In this document: positions 1 to 13,300 of the stretch, one piece after another
Layout of the letters: every line of letters begins with the position of its first letter
Numbering within the stretch: the stretch's first letter is position 1
NCBI GenBank assembly: GCA_002633005.1
Contig: NMRA01000233.1
Coordinates: 248,001 to 312,000 of the forward strand
DNA from: Phoronis australis
Taxonomy: Eukaryota; Animalia; Phoronida
Length of the DNA: 64,000 nt
Direction of reading: 5' to 3'
Notes under the pieces: generated by a model
Told to the model about the DNA's origin: nothing
The model's database searches: none
The model's input: only the letters and a program-made list of their open reading frames with translations
Program-made: the position numbers and the translations under genes

Positions 1-1955
1 GTTATTACTCAAAATTTATTAGATCAGTTCCAACCTTGTCAACGTAGAAACGAATACAAACAGTAATTGGCGAGAGCCTGCTCTGTGCCAGGGATTTCAT
101 GCCATGCTCTGTCTAAAATGGTCTCGATTTTAAATTAGGTGTTTCCTGATTTGAGTCGAGGCTTAGGAATTTCGCCCTCACAGCTTGACATTTTCAAACG
201 GTAGTTTTCCAGCTTGTCACAAATGTTTTACGTCTAATACAGAGTGCGATCTTCCTCATATACAGTTTCTTTTGCAAAGATGAAGTCCGGGAAATCTCCA
301 TGGATCTCTTCATCTCTAATAGACATGTGTGATCGGTATGTTCTTATTTGCAAATAGACTCTTGTGCAATCAACATACGGTGTTATTTTTAAATGTCGAA
401 TCATTACACAAAATCCAGTTAACTGTACTTAACTTTTAGCGTTTCGTCTAATTAGTCGAGTTCAAAGACTCCGTACACAGATAGTTCTCAGATTCTGTCT
501 GGCGAGTTCTACAGTGAAGGATGCACAATGCTAAATGAAAATAAGGAAACCTTTCTCTTACGAACCAAGATGTTTCTCCACGCAAGTTTCGTCACCAATT
601 GCATGTGAGACAAAAGTGCACATTCACAGATTATGGATGTTTTTCATTAAAACCTGCGACCCATTACAACAAAACAACGAAGTTTTTCATAATACAAGTC
701 TTACGTCTGTAAGCTTTATTACTGACCCATGTGGTGACTTGTTCTGTTAAAGATATAGGGTATTCTTAATTTTCATATTAGAAATAGAATTAACCTAGAA
801 CGCCTTGCTGAATCGTAAGATTTGTCGTTAACGACAGCCTCGCTATGAACGTCTGAATGACAACAGTTTTCTCGAGGTAACCGCGTAAGCAAGCCCAGTT
901 AAATCAAAAAATGATCAACACCAGTCTGTTTCAGAGTAAGTCAACGAAAGCTCTGGCCCCAGTATGCGTGTGTTCACCTGTTCTCCTAAAATGTATTACT
1001 TGTTCGCAAGATGTGATAACTGCGTTCATTACAACAGCCTTCTCAATAACGGTCATTCCCCAAAATAAACTGTTATTAAAAACAAGGCAGATCGAAGCCC
1101 GACCGTTCGCAAGCCCGCTTTAAATACTTTTCCAGGCACTGGTTGAATTTCATTAATGACCGTAACATTCAAAAGGTCTGTTTTTACATTATAGTTTCCA
1201 TCTTGGTTTTAGCGTTTCACCCAGGGATTCGTGTAGTCTCTTTGTGTTAGATAACTAGTTGATCCTGTCAGCCGTCTTTGCAATTGAAATTTCTTCAGAA
1301 GCGATTGAAGTTAGATATATGCTAAACCTTTCTATGGCTACAAAGCAAACCCGAACTCCGAGAATAAAAAGACATCAGAGAATTGTGCTGGAAAAACCAA
1401 TCTGAATCTAAAGAGGGAAATTAATGAAACTTACTAGCTTATTTACTTATTGAGAAACAAGCGCAGCGATGAAAACTATACACCCCTGATTAAGGCTAGA
1501 CGGTCGTAATGAGGCGTGCTGAAAAAGGCACTAGATCCGTACAGCAATGATTGTCGCTGATTATTTTTTGACTTAAGTTAACGAGTTGTGTATGACATTG
1601 ACAACTGACAAAGTAGTAATCCACTTAGCCTGCTTTGTGTAACCACTGACCGGACTAATTGTGACGAGATCAGTTCAATGGAACAATGTTAATATCTTTT
1701 CATACAAGCCACCCCCTTCCCCCACAGTCAGTCACATCACATGTCAAAGACAGCACCAGTTCTGTACACGTCACGTCAGGAAAATATATTCATTTTGTGT
1801 CATTTTTCTATGTTTGACTAACACATGTGTTTATTTTACACAGTTCGTTCGTCGTGGCAAACAAAACGTGTGTAATCGGATTTCCGTAAGTCGTTTGATT
1901 TCTTAAGACAAGTCTAACCTGAAATCCGTCATTAAAAACGAAAGAAAACACTTAC

Positions 1956-2040
1956 CTCGTGATGAGGAATATCTCTGAGGTGGCTTGGCGGTTGCCGCTA
2001 AAGCGCAGGCGATCAGAACAGCTAAGTTTAACCACTTCAT
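1956..2040 (-). CDS. Coding exon 1 (signal peptide) of left CAP/SCP paralogue; rest of gene presumably beyond the window start
   Basis: ATG at 2040, MKWLNLAVLIACALAATAKPPQRYSSSR, phase-1 donor GAG|GTAAGT; 76/85 nt identical to 37046-37130. Confidence 0.85.
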
Positions 2041-2182
2041 GTTTAATATCGTCTGCTATATTGTTCTGTCAGTAGTTAGTAAAACAACAAAATGTCGTTG
2101 CTCCTCCAATATCACAGTCGGTCTCTGACTCGCTCTGAGGAATTTCGTGATTTCTTACTATTTCCACCAATCCCTTTGGAAC

Positions 2183-2217
2183 ACTGAGGCGCTTCGGGAG
2201 AGCCCAACGTCTTTATA
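2183..2217 (-). promoter_or_regulatory. Core promoter of left paralogue (TATA + Inr)
   Basis: TATAAA at 2217-2212 lies 32 bp upstream of the A of a TCAGT initiator-like motif (2185); same spacing in right copy. Confidence 0.6.
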
Positions 2218-5200
2218 TTGCCTTGTGTAAAGGTTAACCACAACTCGTGACCTCTGTAAACAAATCTCCCGCAATTATTTTGTCAGAAGCTGGGTCTATG
2301 CATCAAGATACCCGATTCCGACGGCACACACACGGCGCAAGACCATGGAAACTTTTTCAACCAGCCAATCATATGGCGAGAACAGGGTGTCTATGGAAAC
2401 GTGTGATATAAGGCTCAGTGCGGAATAGAATCATTGGTCGCGAACAGCTGATGTCCGGTGTTTTACGACTCAGTCCAAAGGAGAGAGATTTTTTTTTTCT
2501 AACGTATAGTAAGCGTGGAGTTGTTGCGGTGTTCTAAAGTGGAAAGCAGAGAGTTCTGCATCGAGTGATTTTGTAATTTAACAGAGGACTAGTGTTGCGG
2601 CAGAACTGTTACATCGAAGTTTCGCCGCACTCAAATGATTCTACAAGTTACTGAGTCACCAACGTAACTGAACTAAGTTCTAAATACCTTGCCCAGTAAG
2701 TGAATATTGCTCTTGGCCAATAGTTTTCAACGTTGGAAACCATAGTAAATTGACCTTTCGCCTCAACAGTGGTACCAAGAAAATTTAAAGGCGCTTTTCG
2801 TTCCTGTTTAAGAAATAGAAATCATAGATTGACTTCCTCTAATGAATTGAATTCGGCGTGTCCTTTGTCATGAAAGCTGATGGTTTCTACTATTTGAAAG
2901 AAATGAGAGATTACCTGTTATTATTACGAAGTAAAATTGTTTTTTTTTGTTCCACACTTTTTAATGCTTACTTGGAAATGTACTAAAGGTGGTGTTTGGG
3001 GATGGGCGACATTTTCTATAAGTACTAGTATTTGGTGTCCCACTAATAAAGTCTGGAACAACAGCAATGAAATGCAAACGACATCAACGTGTTGGTGGAA
3101 AAAACAAAATTTTGTAAAAACTCATAGAACCTTGGTCTAACTTCAATTCTAAACAATGAAAATGTATCAAAAGCGGTAAAAACCCGGGATACAGCAACTC
3201 CAAGCTGTTACAAAATTGTTTGTTAACTTAGTCATATTTAGAAACAACGACAAGTATTACTTTGTTGTTTTTGCTAACGCCTGCTTCCATATTTTAGCTG
3301 AATGAAGGTGGCACACGCTACGTCCTGTAAAATTACATATCGCCCTATTCGGCTGTGAATGTGGACTCCCTAATCGAACTACTTTGGGTTTTAAATCATT
3401 GGCCAATCTGAATAAACTTTAAGGGGTTTTCTTGAGTAGTTTTTGGTTTCGTTGTTGTTGATGTTTTTGGTTACGGAAATAGAACCCTGTCACGATTTTA
3501 TGAGACCGATTTTATGAGTTTTTTGTCAGCTAAACTAAATGCACTTGAACGCTGTCGTATGGTAAGTTTTCAGATACAGTTTGTGTCACTCAGCGACCTG
3601 GTTTATACTATGCATTTTAGATAGTGGAGCGACTCTGTAATTCAAATATGGCTTCTTGCCTCTAGTGAAACGTAAATCTACTACATGGGTTGGAGTGAGT
3701 AATAGAGTAAATGATCCCAATCTCCGTATGCTTTAACTCGTGTAATAAATTATAACCAGTTACTAACCCTAGTACTGTTTTATGTCACGTGAAGACTAAC
3801 CCGGACACAATATTAGTCACTCTGCGTTTCTAACACGTACGTGTATGGTACTGAAATGACATCATTCCCATCACGTGGAGGAGTGTAATGGACACTGTAA
3901 CGTTTTCACAACACGAAAAAGTTGTCAAACATGTTTGTTGAAAGTTGCAGGCTCAGCACAGCTCACGCTACGAAGCTTACTGAGGACTGATACTTAAGGT
4001 TCCAAAGCAAATAAGTTTGAAATTAATGTTCATGAAGGTTATCCGTCAACACTAGCTAGCATGATTATATTTGGTCAAATCTAGCCATGTAGTCCAACAA
4101 TAATTGAAAATTGAAAGAAACACAGTGCCTAGTATTTATATTAATTTGAACCAAACTTTTTCGGATTTACACTTGCTTCGCCAGCGGCATTTTACGTGAA
4201 AAATCATCGGTAGTCGTTGATACTTGAACGAGTTTATTTTTATTGCAAACACATGTAATAAAATGTTACATGAACGACGTATTCACTACTTGCATACTTT
4301 GGTGGCACTGCGAATATGATTGTTGGGAATTGTTTTTTTATACACAATGCCACGTTTTAGCATCCGTTTTGACAACGCAAACGTGGAAACTCGCGTTCCA
4401 AACGTGCAGAACCATTGCAGTTGGAACTCAACACCTCGTTTTCAAGCATAATCAAGTGAATAACGTCACGTTTTAAGATTCTACGCAAAAGCATTTGACT
4501 TGGTTGGTGCAGCTAGTTTCATTTCGATGCGGAGACGTTTTCATTAGCGCGATGACCTTGTTTTCGCGATTCGTCACCGTTAACGACAAAACAACCCAAC
4601 GTGGACGTGCATCTGAGTCTCAAATACAAGTAGGAAATTGAAATGAGAGAAAATAAATACACTTGCATACTATAACTTGCATTGAGGAAGTACATTAGCT
4701 CATTGTTTGTATTTTACACGTTAGACTAGAGCATGTGAAATAGGGATTCCACGAATTAGCGGCACTTGTCGAACAATGTTGGTGTATTTTGCAACTGAAA
4801 CTTGAATCACTACCAATCTACTTCTGTTTGGATTAAGCTGTTTTTGTGGAATAGATGGAAAGAATATTGATAGTTTTCTTGATGGAAGACAACACTGCTT
4901 AGGGTAGCTATTATTTCAAATTAGTGCAAATTAAAAATGTGCGTTTGGTTCTGGAATGACGCCTTTGTTGTGCGTCGCGTTATTTGTACAGATGTCAAAT
5001 AACTAATACTGTAGCAACTGGTCTTATTCGACAGCTTGATTTAGTTAGCAACAAATGAAAAGCACTTCGACGTAGTTTTCACTGTTTTGTTTTAAAGCTT
5101 TTGTTTAGTACACGTTGTTATAAGTGCTGTGGGCTGGGAGATATAATGCGAACATTGTGTTTTTATTGGCGTAGTTCCCTGTAGCTGGGTTAAGGTTACA

Positions 5201-5609
5201 AAAAAGTACTCTCGTGGGCTGGAAAACGGTTAAGTATCTCACTGGTCCATTTCCGGCCCACAAACTGAAAAATGACATAGGAACCTACGATTAAAAACGT
5301 GTTTCCGTAGGATAGTACATTGATAGGCACTTTTTCCTGTAGCGGAATCTTTCAAGGAAAAGACGCGACAGACTGACAGATTGCTAACTAAATGTGACGG
5401 ATTAGAGATCGATGACGTCATCACATCGTGCGAAACGGCGGTAGAGGATGTTGGAGATATGCACAAAAGTCGCCTTCGTGTTACCGTCATGCTGTGACGC
5501 AACAGCTAAGAATCACTAATGCCTTACTCACGCATCTGAATCAGATTGTCCGCGTACAGCCAGCCACCTGTCTGCGCGCAAACGAAAACCGCAGTTATTC
5601 AAGGGGGAA

Positions 5610-6040
5610 TCAACCAGTCGGCTGGACTGCAAAACCAAATGACCGGTGATCAAACGTGTTGTCCGGACTTTAAGAAACGCGATGGCCTCTCCTTAAACAA
5701 CTAGTTGACTGGACACAAAACACGATGGCCGGTGCCATAACCAGTTGGCGGCCGGACTTCCTCAGAGACTCGCTGTGAACGCTTCGAAGGGTTAAAGTGA
5801 CATCTAGTAATAATTTTGCCTACACGCTTGTTTGTTTTGCTCGAAATTGGCGATTTGTTCGGTCATTGTGTTTGAGCACCGACCAATCCGTTTTAGGCAC
5901 AGTCAACCAGTTTTTTGGGTGAGGACATCTGGTTTTAAGGTACCGCGGCCAACCCGTTTTGAGGTCCGAACACAAAGTTAGAAGACCGGACAGTCGGTTT
6001 TGCAGTCCAGCCAGCTGGTTTTGAAGTCTGGGCACGTGAT
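5610..6040. repeat. Foldback/MITE-like inverted repeat built from degenerate ~21-bp units
   Basis: AACCAGTCGGCTGGACTGCAAAACC (~5612) pairs with GGTTTTGCAGTCCAGCCAGCTGGTT (~5996); recurring AAAAC/GTTTT subunits in opposite orientation on each side. Confidence 0.55.
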
Positions 6041-6294
6041 TTTGATGGATAATACAGAAGTGTCACTCTCTTCCAGAGGCCACCAATTGCTATCCCCCAA
6101 AAAGCAGTTAAAGATGCAATAACTCAACGTTGCATCGAAGAAAATAAAGATCGAACTAGACAGCTTACTGAAAAAATGGCCCCAACTTGTCCCTTTCTAG
6201 GACCACAAGTGATTTTAGGTCTTGCAAGGCACTTAGAGTTCGTAATTGCTCGAGACAACGTACGTGACACAACTTGTATAGCCTACCTCCCGTT

Positions 6295-6426
6295 CAGTAA
6301 CGCTAGGACCTCGCTAAAGAACAAGATTTCGCGAGATTACGTGAGATATTGCCGTGTATTTAAAGGGAGAACACGTGACTTTAGCTAGATTTTAGCTAGG
6401 TCCTAGCGTAGGTCCTAGCGTTACTG
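6295..6426. mobile_element. Small MITE-like element
   Basis: 17-bp inverted repeat CAGTAACGCTAGGACCT / AGGTCCTAGCGTTACTG. Confidence 0.45.
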
Positions 6427-9400
6427 GCCGCATGCCTGGTTTCAAGCAATATAACGAACTACCTGTACTTTCCAAGACCAGAAATCAAACATATTTTGAC
6501 TGAGAGACAATTTGAGATCAAATTCCTAATGTCTTTGTGGCGGAAGATGGGTTTATACAGTAGCTTTAAAGAAACTCTTTTAATTACATTCAACGGTTTA
6601 GAACACAGAATGAGTTTCGTCAGTCGTAACTTCCAGCCCTCTTCGGTTTGTCTTATTTAACTATTGTTTTTATTATTTTTAAGTGAGCAGGGTTTCAATG
6701 GAAACCGCATTACATATGGTGGCAGTTGTGTGAGTGCCCATAATGCACGAGTCAGCTGTCACTCACACCGGCGCCATTTTATTTGCTGGTGCACCATCCA
6801 AAATAAAAAAATGAATAAACAATCATATTGAATCCGGAGAAGAAATTAATTGGAATTGTGTTGAATTAGCTTTATTCGGGCTTTAGTTTCGACTTACTAA
6901 CGTTCGCTTCAATCCATTTTATGAGGTGTTTAAAACTAAAATGAAGAGGAAAGAGCGTCTTTAACCTCCCGTGCATATAACACATTTTCCAAACCATGTA
7001 CATGTAGAATGCCATTTCGGCCCTTACTGGGGTATGTAATAAACCCGACCGAAGTTTCGCCCTTGTCTGTTTGGGCATAATGTCTGTTGGCGATTCCTGG
7101 TATTTGACCCTCAGGGGTACTCAGATGTCAGAAAAGATGCTTGTAACAATGGTTCGTTGACGCCGTGTCAGTCCATATTGGTTATACAACCTCAACCGAC
7201 CGAAACAACAGGGAGAGTGTTTACTTTGGCTATAGTTTGAAAATGAAACGGTGGACCAAAACACAGACCTTATGTTTCCGTACCAGCATGAGGCGCAGTG
7301 CAGTACTATGACTGTTTCACCTGGGCTCAGTGTCTAATCTCGGAACTCACCTTAAAAGGACACTAAATCCTGTTTTGATGATTTCAACTAATCCTCGTTC
7401 TGTCACTTGCTAATGTATCATTGGCGTCAATCTTCCAAGTTGAAGGTAGGAATCGTCCAAAAATTCATACTCCCTATCTCACAAATTGGATATTGTAGTC
7501 CTTGGTGGGTTGTTCTTTCCCACAGTTGCCGTGTAATTCGCTAAAAGCGTAGGTGACGCTTGCCCGTTCAGCAAACTTTGTAAGGAGTTTTCAAATTTTC
7601 ATCCAAACATTTGAGGGGTGTCGAGGGTTACAGAGCATTATTTTGTTTCGGAGAACTGCATGGAAAAAACGTTTTTGTTATCTGTTTACAAGTCAAAACC
7701 AGGTTTAGCATTTTTTAAAGTAATCATAGTGAACAATTCAAATGCAAGCTTGTAAACTCACTGGAAGCGTGCCATTATAATTGATCAATTCTTGAGTCGA
7801 GTTTCTAGTGATACTCAGTTTGAAGATGTGATAATGTCGTGATGACTTCGGTCGATTGTGTCCCCACTTGTTTTAGCACAAGGACATCACGTTTATGCAT
7901 GGGCGCATCGTCGACAGAAATAAACACACATCGCCAGAAATAATTGTAATTTATGGAATATCATGATCAAGGGTTCTTGGCGTTCAGTAAGATTGAATTT
8001 TAAATTGTGCTGGGAAAATAGTAACGACTGATCAATTGCATCTGATTGCTTAAGACTTTTGACATCGTTTCTGTAAGCAATTAAATATTGTACACAATAT
8101 ACTCTCTCCGTACAGTCGAACGCTCACCTCGGATATCGGAGAAATTCCGAAGGATACGGCGACCTGCCTTCTCTCGTGCTTCGGTGTTTAAGATATTTAC
8201 ACACTCTCATAAAATTCCCTGTGAAGTACGTCATTTGTTTAGTCGTTGTTACGGTCACTCGTGTACAGCTTTCCAAAGTTCTTGAAATATTTACATGTTT
8301 CAGCACAGCTTGAAACATTTGTTTGGCCGTTTGTTTCTAGTAAATATTCAAAAAACCCGGCAGCGAAGTTGCACACCGTTCATATCTTCATGAACTTTCA
8401 CTTACCCTATGGCCTGAGGGTATACAGAAGGTTAGTAACTAGAGGACGCAAATATGTGGACCAATTTGTAATAACAAATAACTTTTACTACACCAAACAA
8501 CTTCACAATATAACATTTTGAAAAAATTAAATGCTCGAAAAGTTAATCATTTTTCGATAACATTTTAGAAAAATAACGGATGTGCAACATACATGCGCAC
8601 ATCGTAAATGCAGAAGACAAACTCCTTATTCTAAAAATACAACCAATGGCTTTGTCACGTTGGAATGAAGTTCCGAAGTCATTGACAATGTCTAGGTATG
8701 GTCAAGCTAATTTTATAAATGATTATAAAATATTCTTCAACTGCCGCTGGTATGACAATACTCGCTCCCAAAAAGCAACCGAAATTAACTCACTCAGTTT
8801 GCCTAAAAGACATTTTTGATTGTGTAAAAAGTATGCAGCCCAAATCAGTAGAGTCATGTTTGTATTTCTCGGACTATGTTGGCAAACAAACAATGGGTGT
8901 TTACTTGATCTAGTTTTTTATCAGTGAGTTCCGTTTTTCACACCGTGATGTCTGTGCGGTAACCAGTGCTTAAAAGTGTCTAGTTTGAGCACTATCAAGT
9001 AATAAGAAGAAATGAGCGCCGGACGAGGAAACGAGCCCTCTTGCGTTCGACATTATTTTAGAACAATTTAATGTAAGGTATAAACAACTAAAACGCAATG
9101 AACCTATGTAATGACATTTGACATTGACAAGGTCTTGTCTGATCAGCAAATTAACGAGTTACAGAGTAAGTGAACGCTCACCCTTCATGATATATTTGAT
9201 TGATCTACCCATTGGGATGGAACTGTGGTCAGTTTTGAAAAACAAGTTTCGTGCAAGGTATGGCTGGTCAAGTGAATTTGCAAATTAGAGAAGTGGACAC
9301 AGGCACCTAGCCAAAAACTTGAAGCGTTGTTGAGTTCGAAATTTATAGTTTATACAAAATTGTTTGAGTCCCAACCTTACAAATGCAAATGCAGTGCTTA

Positions 9401-10327
9401 AGTTAATGGTGAAAAATAACACCACAAAATGAATAATTACGAAGTCACGAAATTACAGGATTTGACATAAAACGTAATTGAAATGACTTGTCCATGAAAA
9501 TTGTAACCTCTCGAAAGGGAAGTAAATGTCGTCATAAACTTCGTCTAGGTTTTCAGTGAGATTGCTTTCGGAAACGATCAGCGTCATTAGTTGTCCTGTA
9601 AGCAACCAGCGAATGAGTCGGGTGGTCAATTAACAGTTAATCGTCTTGAGTGATACAGAGCGCATTTTAGTGGTATATCACTCGTGAATTTCTGAGTGCA
9701 AGTCCCAAGGCCTTCATTTGGAAAACGATACATTATTTAGGTTTTCAGTCCTCAAAAAGTAAGCCCGGGCATATTTTCGGGAACGAGGGCTTATAAACGG
9801 ATAGTGCGTAATAACATAGGTGAATTTTTGACCCGTTGCAAATACTCTCCTAAAACAACAAACTAATTAAAGAGGGCATCAAAACAACCGACTGGCCTGC
9901 ATGAGTGACTGCAAACATGAACAAAGCCTCGTTTTCACTGGCACGTGCTATCATTTTTCTTTTTGGGAGGCCTAAAAAACATAGGAAATTACAGTGGCCC
10001 TAATAGTAGTATTGTGGCCGTGTTTTTGAGTATGTGTGAGGGGTATTCCCGGTAATCTGGGCGCGTGTAGAGGTTTAGCTAATTCCACACAATTCCACAA
10101 AAAGAAAAAACAAGGAAGTTGTTATGAGCAAGCTATTATTAAAAAACATGCCTTCTCCAAGGAAGCAGAGTTTTGTAGCTAGAACTCATGCTGTTTGAGT
10201 AAACATCTTGTCCCCAATTTCCTACGGCCACAGAACAATACATTGCCCGTACTGTCTATCCAAGTAGACGCTAAATCGAGATTGTAGCCTGTAGCATACT
10301 CTTGGAAACAAGAGTACTCAGAGACAG

Positions 10328-10379
10328 ATTTGCCATAAACATGCATTTATGACGTCATAAATGCATGTTTATGGCAAAT
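10328..10379. repeat. 52-bp perfect palindrome centred on TGACGTCA
   Basis: ATTTGCCATAAACATGCATTTATGAC|GTCATAAATGCATGTTTATGGCAAAT. Confidence 0.95.
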
Positions 10380-13300
10380 TAAGTTAAGTTAAAAATCTAA
10401 AAGATGATTCTTACATATATAAAGTACACTCAAGCAACGATTCCTTTACAAAAATGTAAACAATGTTTTGTGTTCTCTCGCCAGGGCGCAGTAATTGACA
10501 GCAATTGATTTGAAGTTGGCGGCCATAGAGACAACATCCTGAGATTATGCGCATGAGACAGAGTGCTTTGTGGAAAATTTACTCAAAAATTTGACTTGTG
10601 CGTAAAACTGTAACCAATGTACGCCAGTACTTCACTGAGTTCGCGCAGAGATGAGCCATTGAAAAAAACTTTCAAGTAGCGGGATTATTTGCATTATCTG
10701 GATACTTCACTGAACAAAACGTGAAAATGTCAGATGAGATATTTTTTTTATTTCAATTGAACAAATCAACACAACGCAAAAGCATATCAAAATACAACAG
10801 AAATGGTCAGTACAACATTACAAACAAAAGAAAACTCTAAGATGCTGAAAGCTTGTTTGGACTCGTAAGGGAATCTCCCTGCTCAATCCCGTCCACACTA
10901 TTAAACGCCACGTCAGTGATGCTTTGGACCTCGTCAGTACATGTAGCCCCCTCTATCGACTGAGGAAGGATGGCGTACGAATTTGTGTCGCTTGCTATAA
11001 GAACAGCATCTGATTCACCTCTTTACTGCTCACTTTTCGGGAATGAAATTATAACATTGTTAAACAATTCCGTCTGCGGCGCGTTCACAGAGTCCTCTAT
11101 TTCCATGTCGAGATCAGTCTGTGTGTCGCTGTCGATCATGTGGACTTGAACTGGTTGGAACAGACTTGTATCCTAACACACGTCGCGCGTACTCGGCCCG
11201 GGTAAGGGTAATGTGCTGCAGTTGGAAAGTGTACATGGAGCTGAAGCCCATTAGAGGCGATGTAGCAGTAACTGTAACAACGTCAACAACAAAAACCGTA
11301 ATAGCAGTAGCATTAATATAAGATTGTAGACCAGCTGAGTGCCTCTAAAGCCCAGCTTTGTGTGCACAAAGCGCAGCAACCCAACCTTCAGGGTTATAAC
11401 TGACAGTTCCAGGTATCAGGTTGTGAAACAATGTGTGACCTCTTACACAATTCACGAACTAAATACTAATTATTATTTTTTTCGACATGTACATAAAACC
11501 TTACAGGCTGTTCGAACATCTGACCGTAAGGACTGTTTGTTGTCAAACGGAGCCCCGTAAGGACACCGTCTTTTCTGAAAACCCTCACGTAAATTGAATT
11601 TATGACATCTGGGCACATTTTTCTCAAACTCCGCTTTCTCGAAGGAAGCTACCTGCACCTGTTTTTGCCAGGGATTTGGTTTAAAATGGATTTGAGTTCA
11701 AGTACTGGAAAATTAAATACCATAAACATGAACCACCCTCAAATCTTAATGGCCGACACTGCGAAATATTCACCAATGTTCCCAACATTTTACAAAATAC
11801 ACCTAAGAAAAAGCTTGACCGAGTTGGCCATCGGTACATTTCCAAGTTGTTCCCGGAAATCAACAAATCTCGGAAATCGTGTACTTGTCTGAAGCAAGAG
11901 TTGGTCTCGCTTGTTCACTGTGTGTCCGCTATGTGGTAAAGAACACGCAGGTATCATCCAGTTGCACACTTTTTATCACTGGTTGATGTAACCAAGGCAG
12001 TCACTGGTTAGCTTTACAACAAAGAAAGAAATTGGCAGACTATGAATGATTTTAGCCTTGTCATGCAAGTGGCGTAACAGCAAATATTTCGTTTCTGCAG
12101 TAATGTTTAGTAGCCACGTGAATCAAGCACCGAATTTGTACAACAGACGACATTTGCACTTCCTCCATCAGTCATACCAGTTTGTTTTCGGAAAGTACTA
12201 CCTGTTGAAAATTCGACCAGCCAATCAGAAACGCCGGTGTAAAAAAATTCCCTAGGAAAATTGAATGATACCTGCGTGTTCTCTATCCTCTCGTGGGGAA
12301 CCAGCAAGAGAGTTGGTTAACTTTTGCACCTGGTAAAAGCGATGTCCGATATTTCTGGCGTGATTGCCGCAAATATTGCGTTTGTGTTGATCATCGGAAT
12401 AGACGTGATATTAGTTTTATTACTTGTTTCTGAGAAAATGGGAGACTTTCAAGTAACAACATGGCGAAGGATCACGTGAGACCGGATATTATTGACCTTT
12501 AAAGGACAACCCACTTTGGTTAACAAGCGCAACACACAATGCCAAAATGCGCCCTCGACTGCTCCACAAACGGTATGATTCTTGGGATATTTATTAGTAT
12601 CACGTAATGCGTGTAATTAAAATGTCTTTCGGGCACAGCGTAAGTCAAATCCGTCTAAAACAAGGTCAAGTGCTGTCGTGAACATCCCTCAAGGGATGAC
12701 AGCCTCCTTTGAATGGCGCGTAGAATGGTCTATAGAGCCATGCCCAAAGAAAACGTCAATAGCCCATTGGGGTCGCCACAGTAGACTCACCCCTAAGGTC
12801 TACGTTTTCTCAATTGGAGCACACATGCAAAGTCTCTGGAAGATCCATCAAAGAAAAAGCGAATTTGCTACTGAGGGGAGGGGGGTGCACAGTGGCTGGA
12901 TCCGTCCGGAAATCTGCATCATCATCATCTCAATAGGAACACATCTGTAAAATTTCAGTATGACTTTTCACGTGTTGGGACGAATAGAGATGCTGACGCC
13001 ACAAAACACCGCAAAAATAATGAAAACGGCCACTTTAATGAAGGAATGCGGAGCAAGAGCCACACTCCGTGCAGTAACAACCCGGATCTATAGGTAGCTC
13101 ATAAATTTGGACACCTGCCACAGTGAGACACAGAAATGCAGTAATACTTACTTACGGATGTCTCACATTTTGAGAACCACTTAATAACGAGCATCTAGAT
13201 CTCAAAACTTGGGATCCTGTATGTGATTACCCCATTCTATAGTAATACAATGTGGTAAAAATTACAATAGGTCTATACAAAAATAGGTACATAGGGAAGT

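Noticed and set aside
438-480. Hammerhead-like ...GACGAAACGC motifs here (- strand) and at ~49190-49210
   Set aside because: CUGANGA core is broken or stem II is missing.
11473-11658. CHKFNLREGFQKRRCPY resembling a CCCH zinc finger
   Set aside because: Required Cys and His are missing and the frame is not kept in the right arm.
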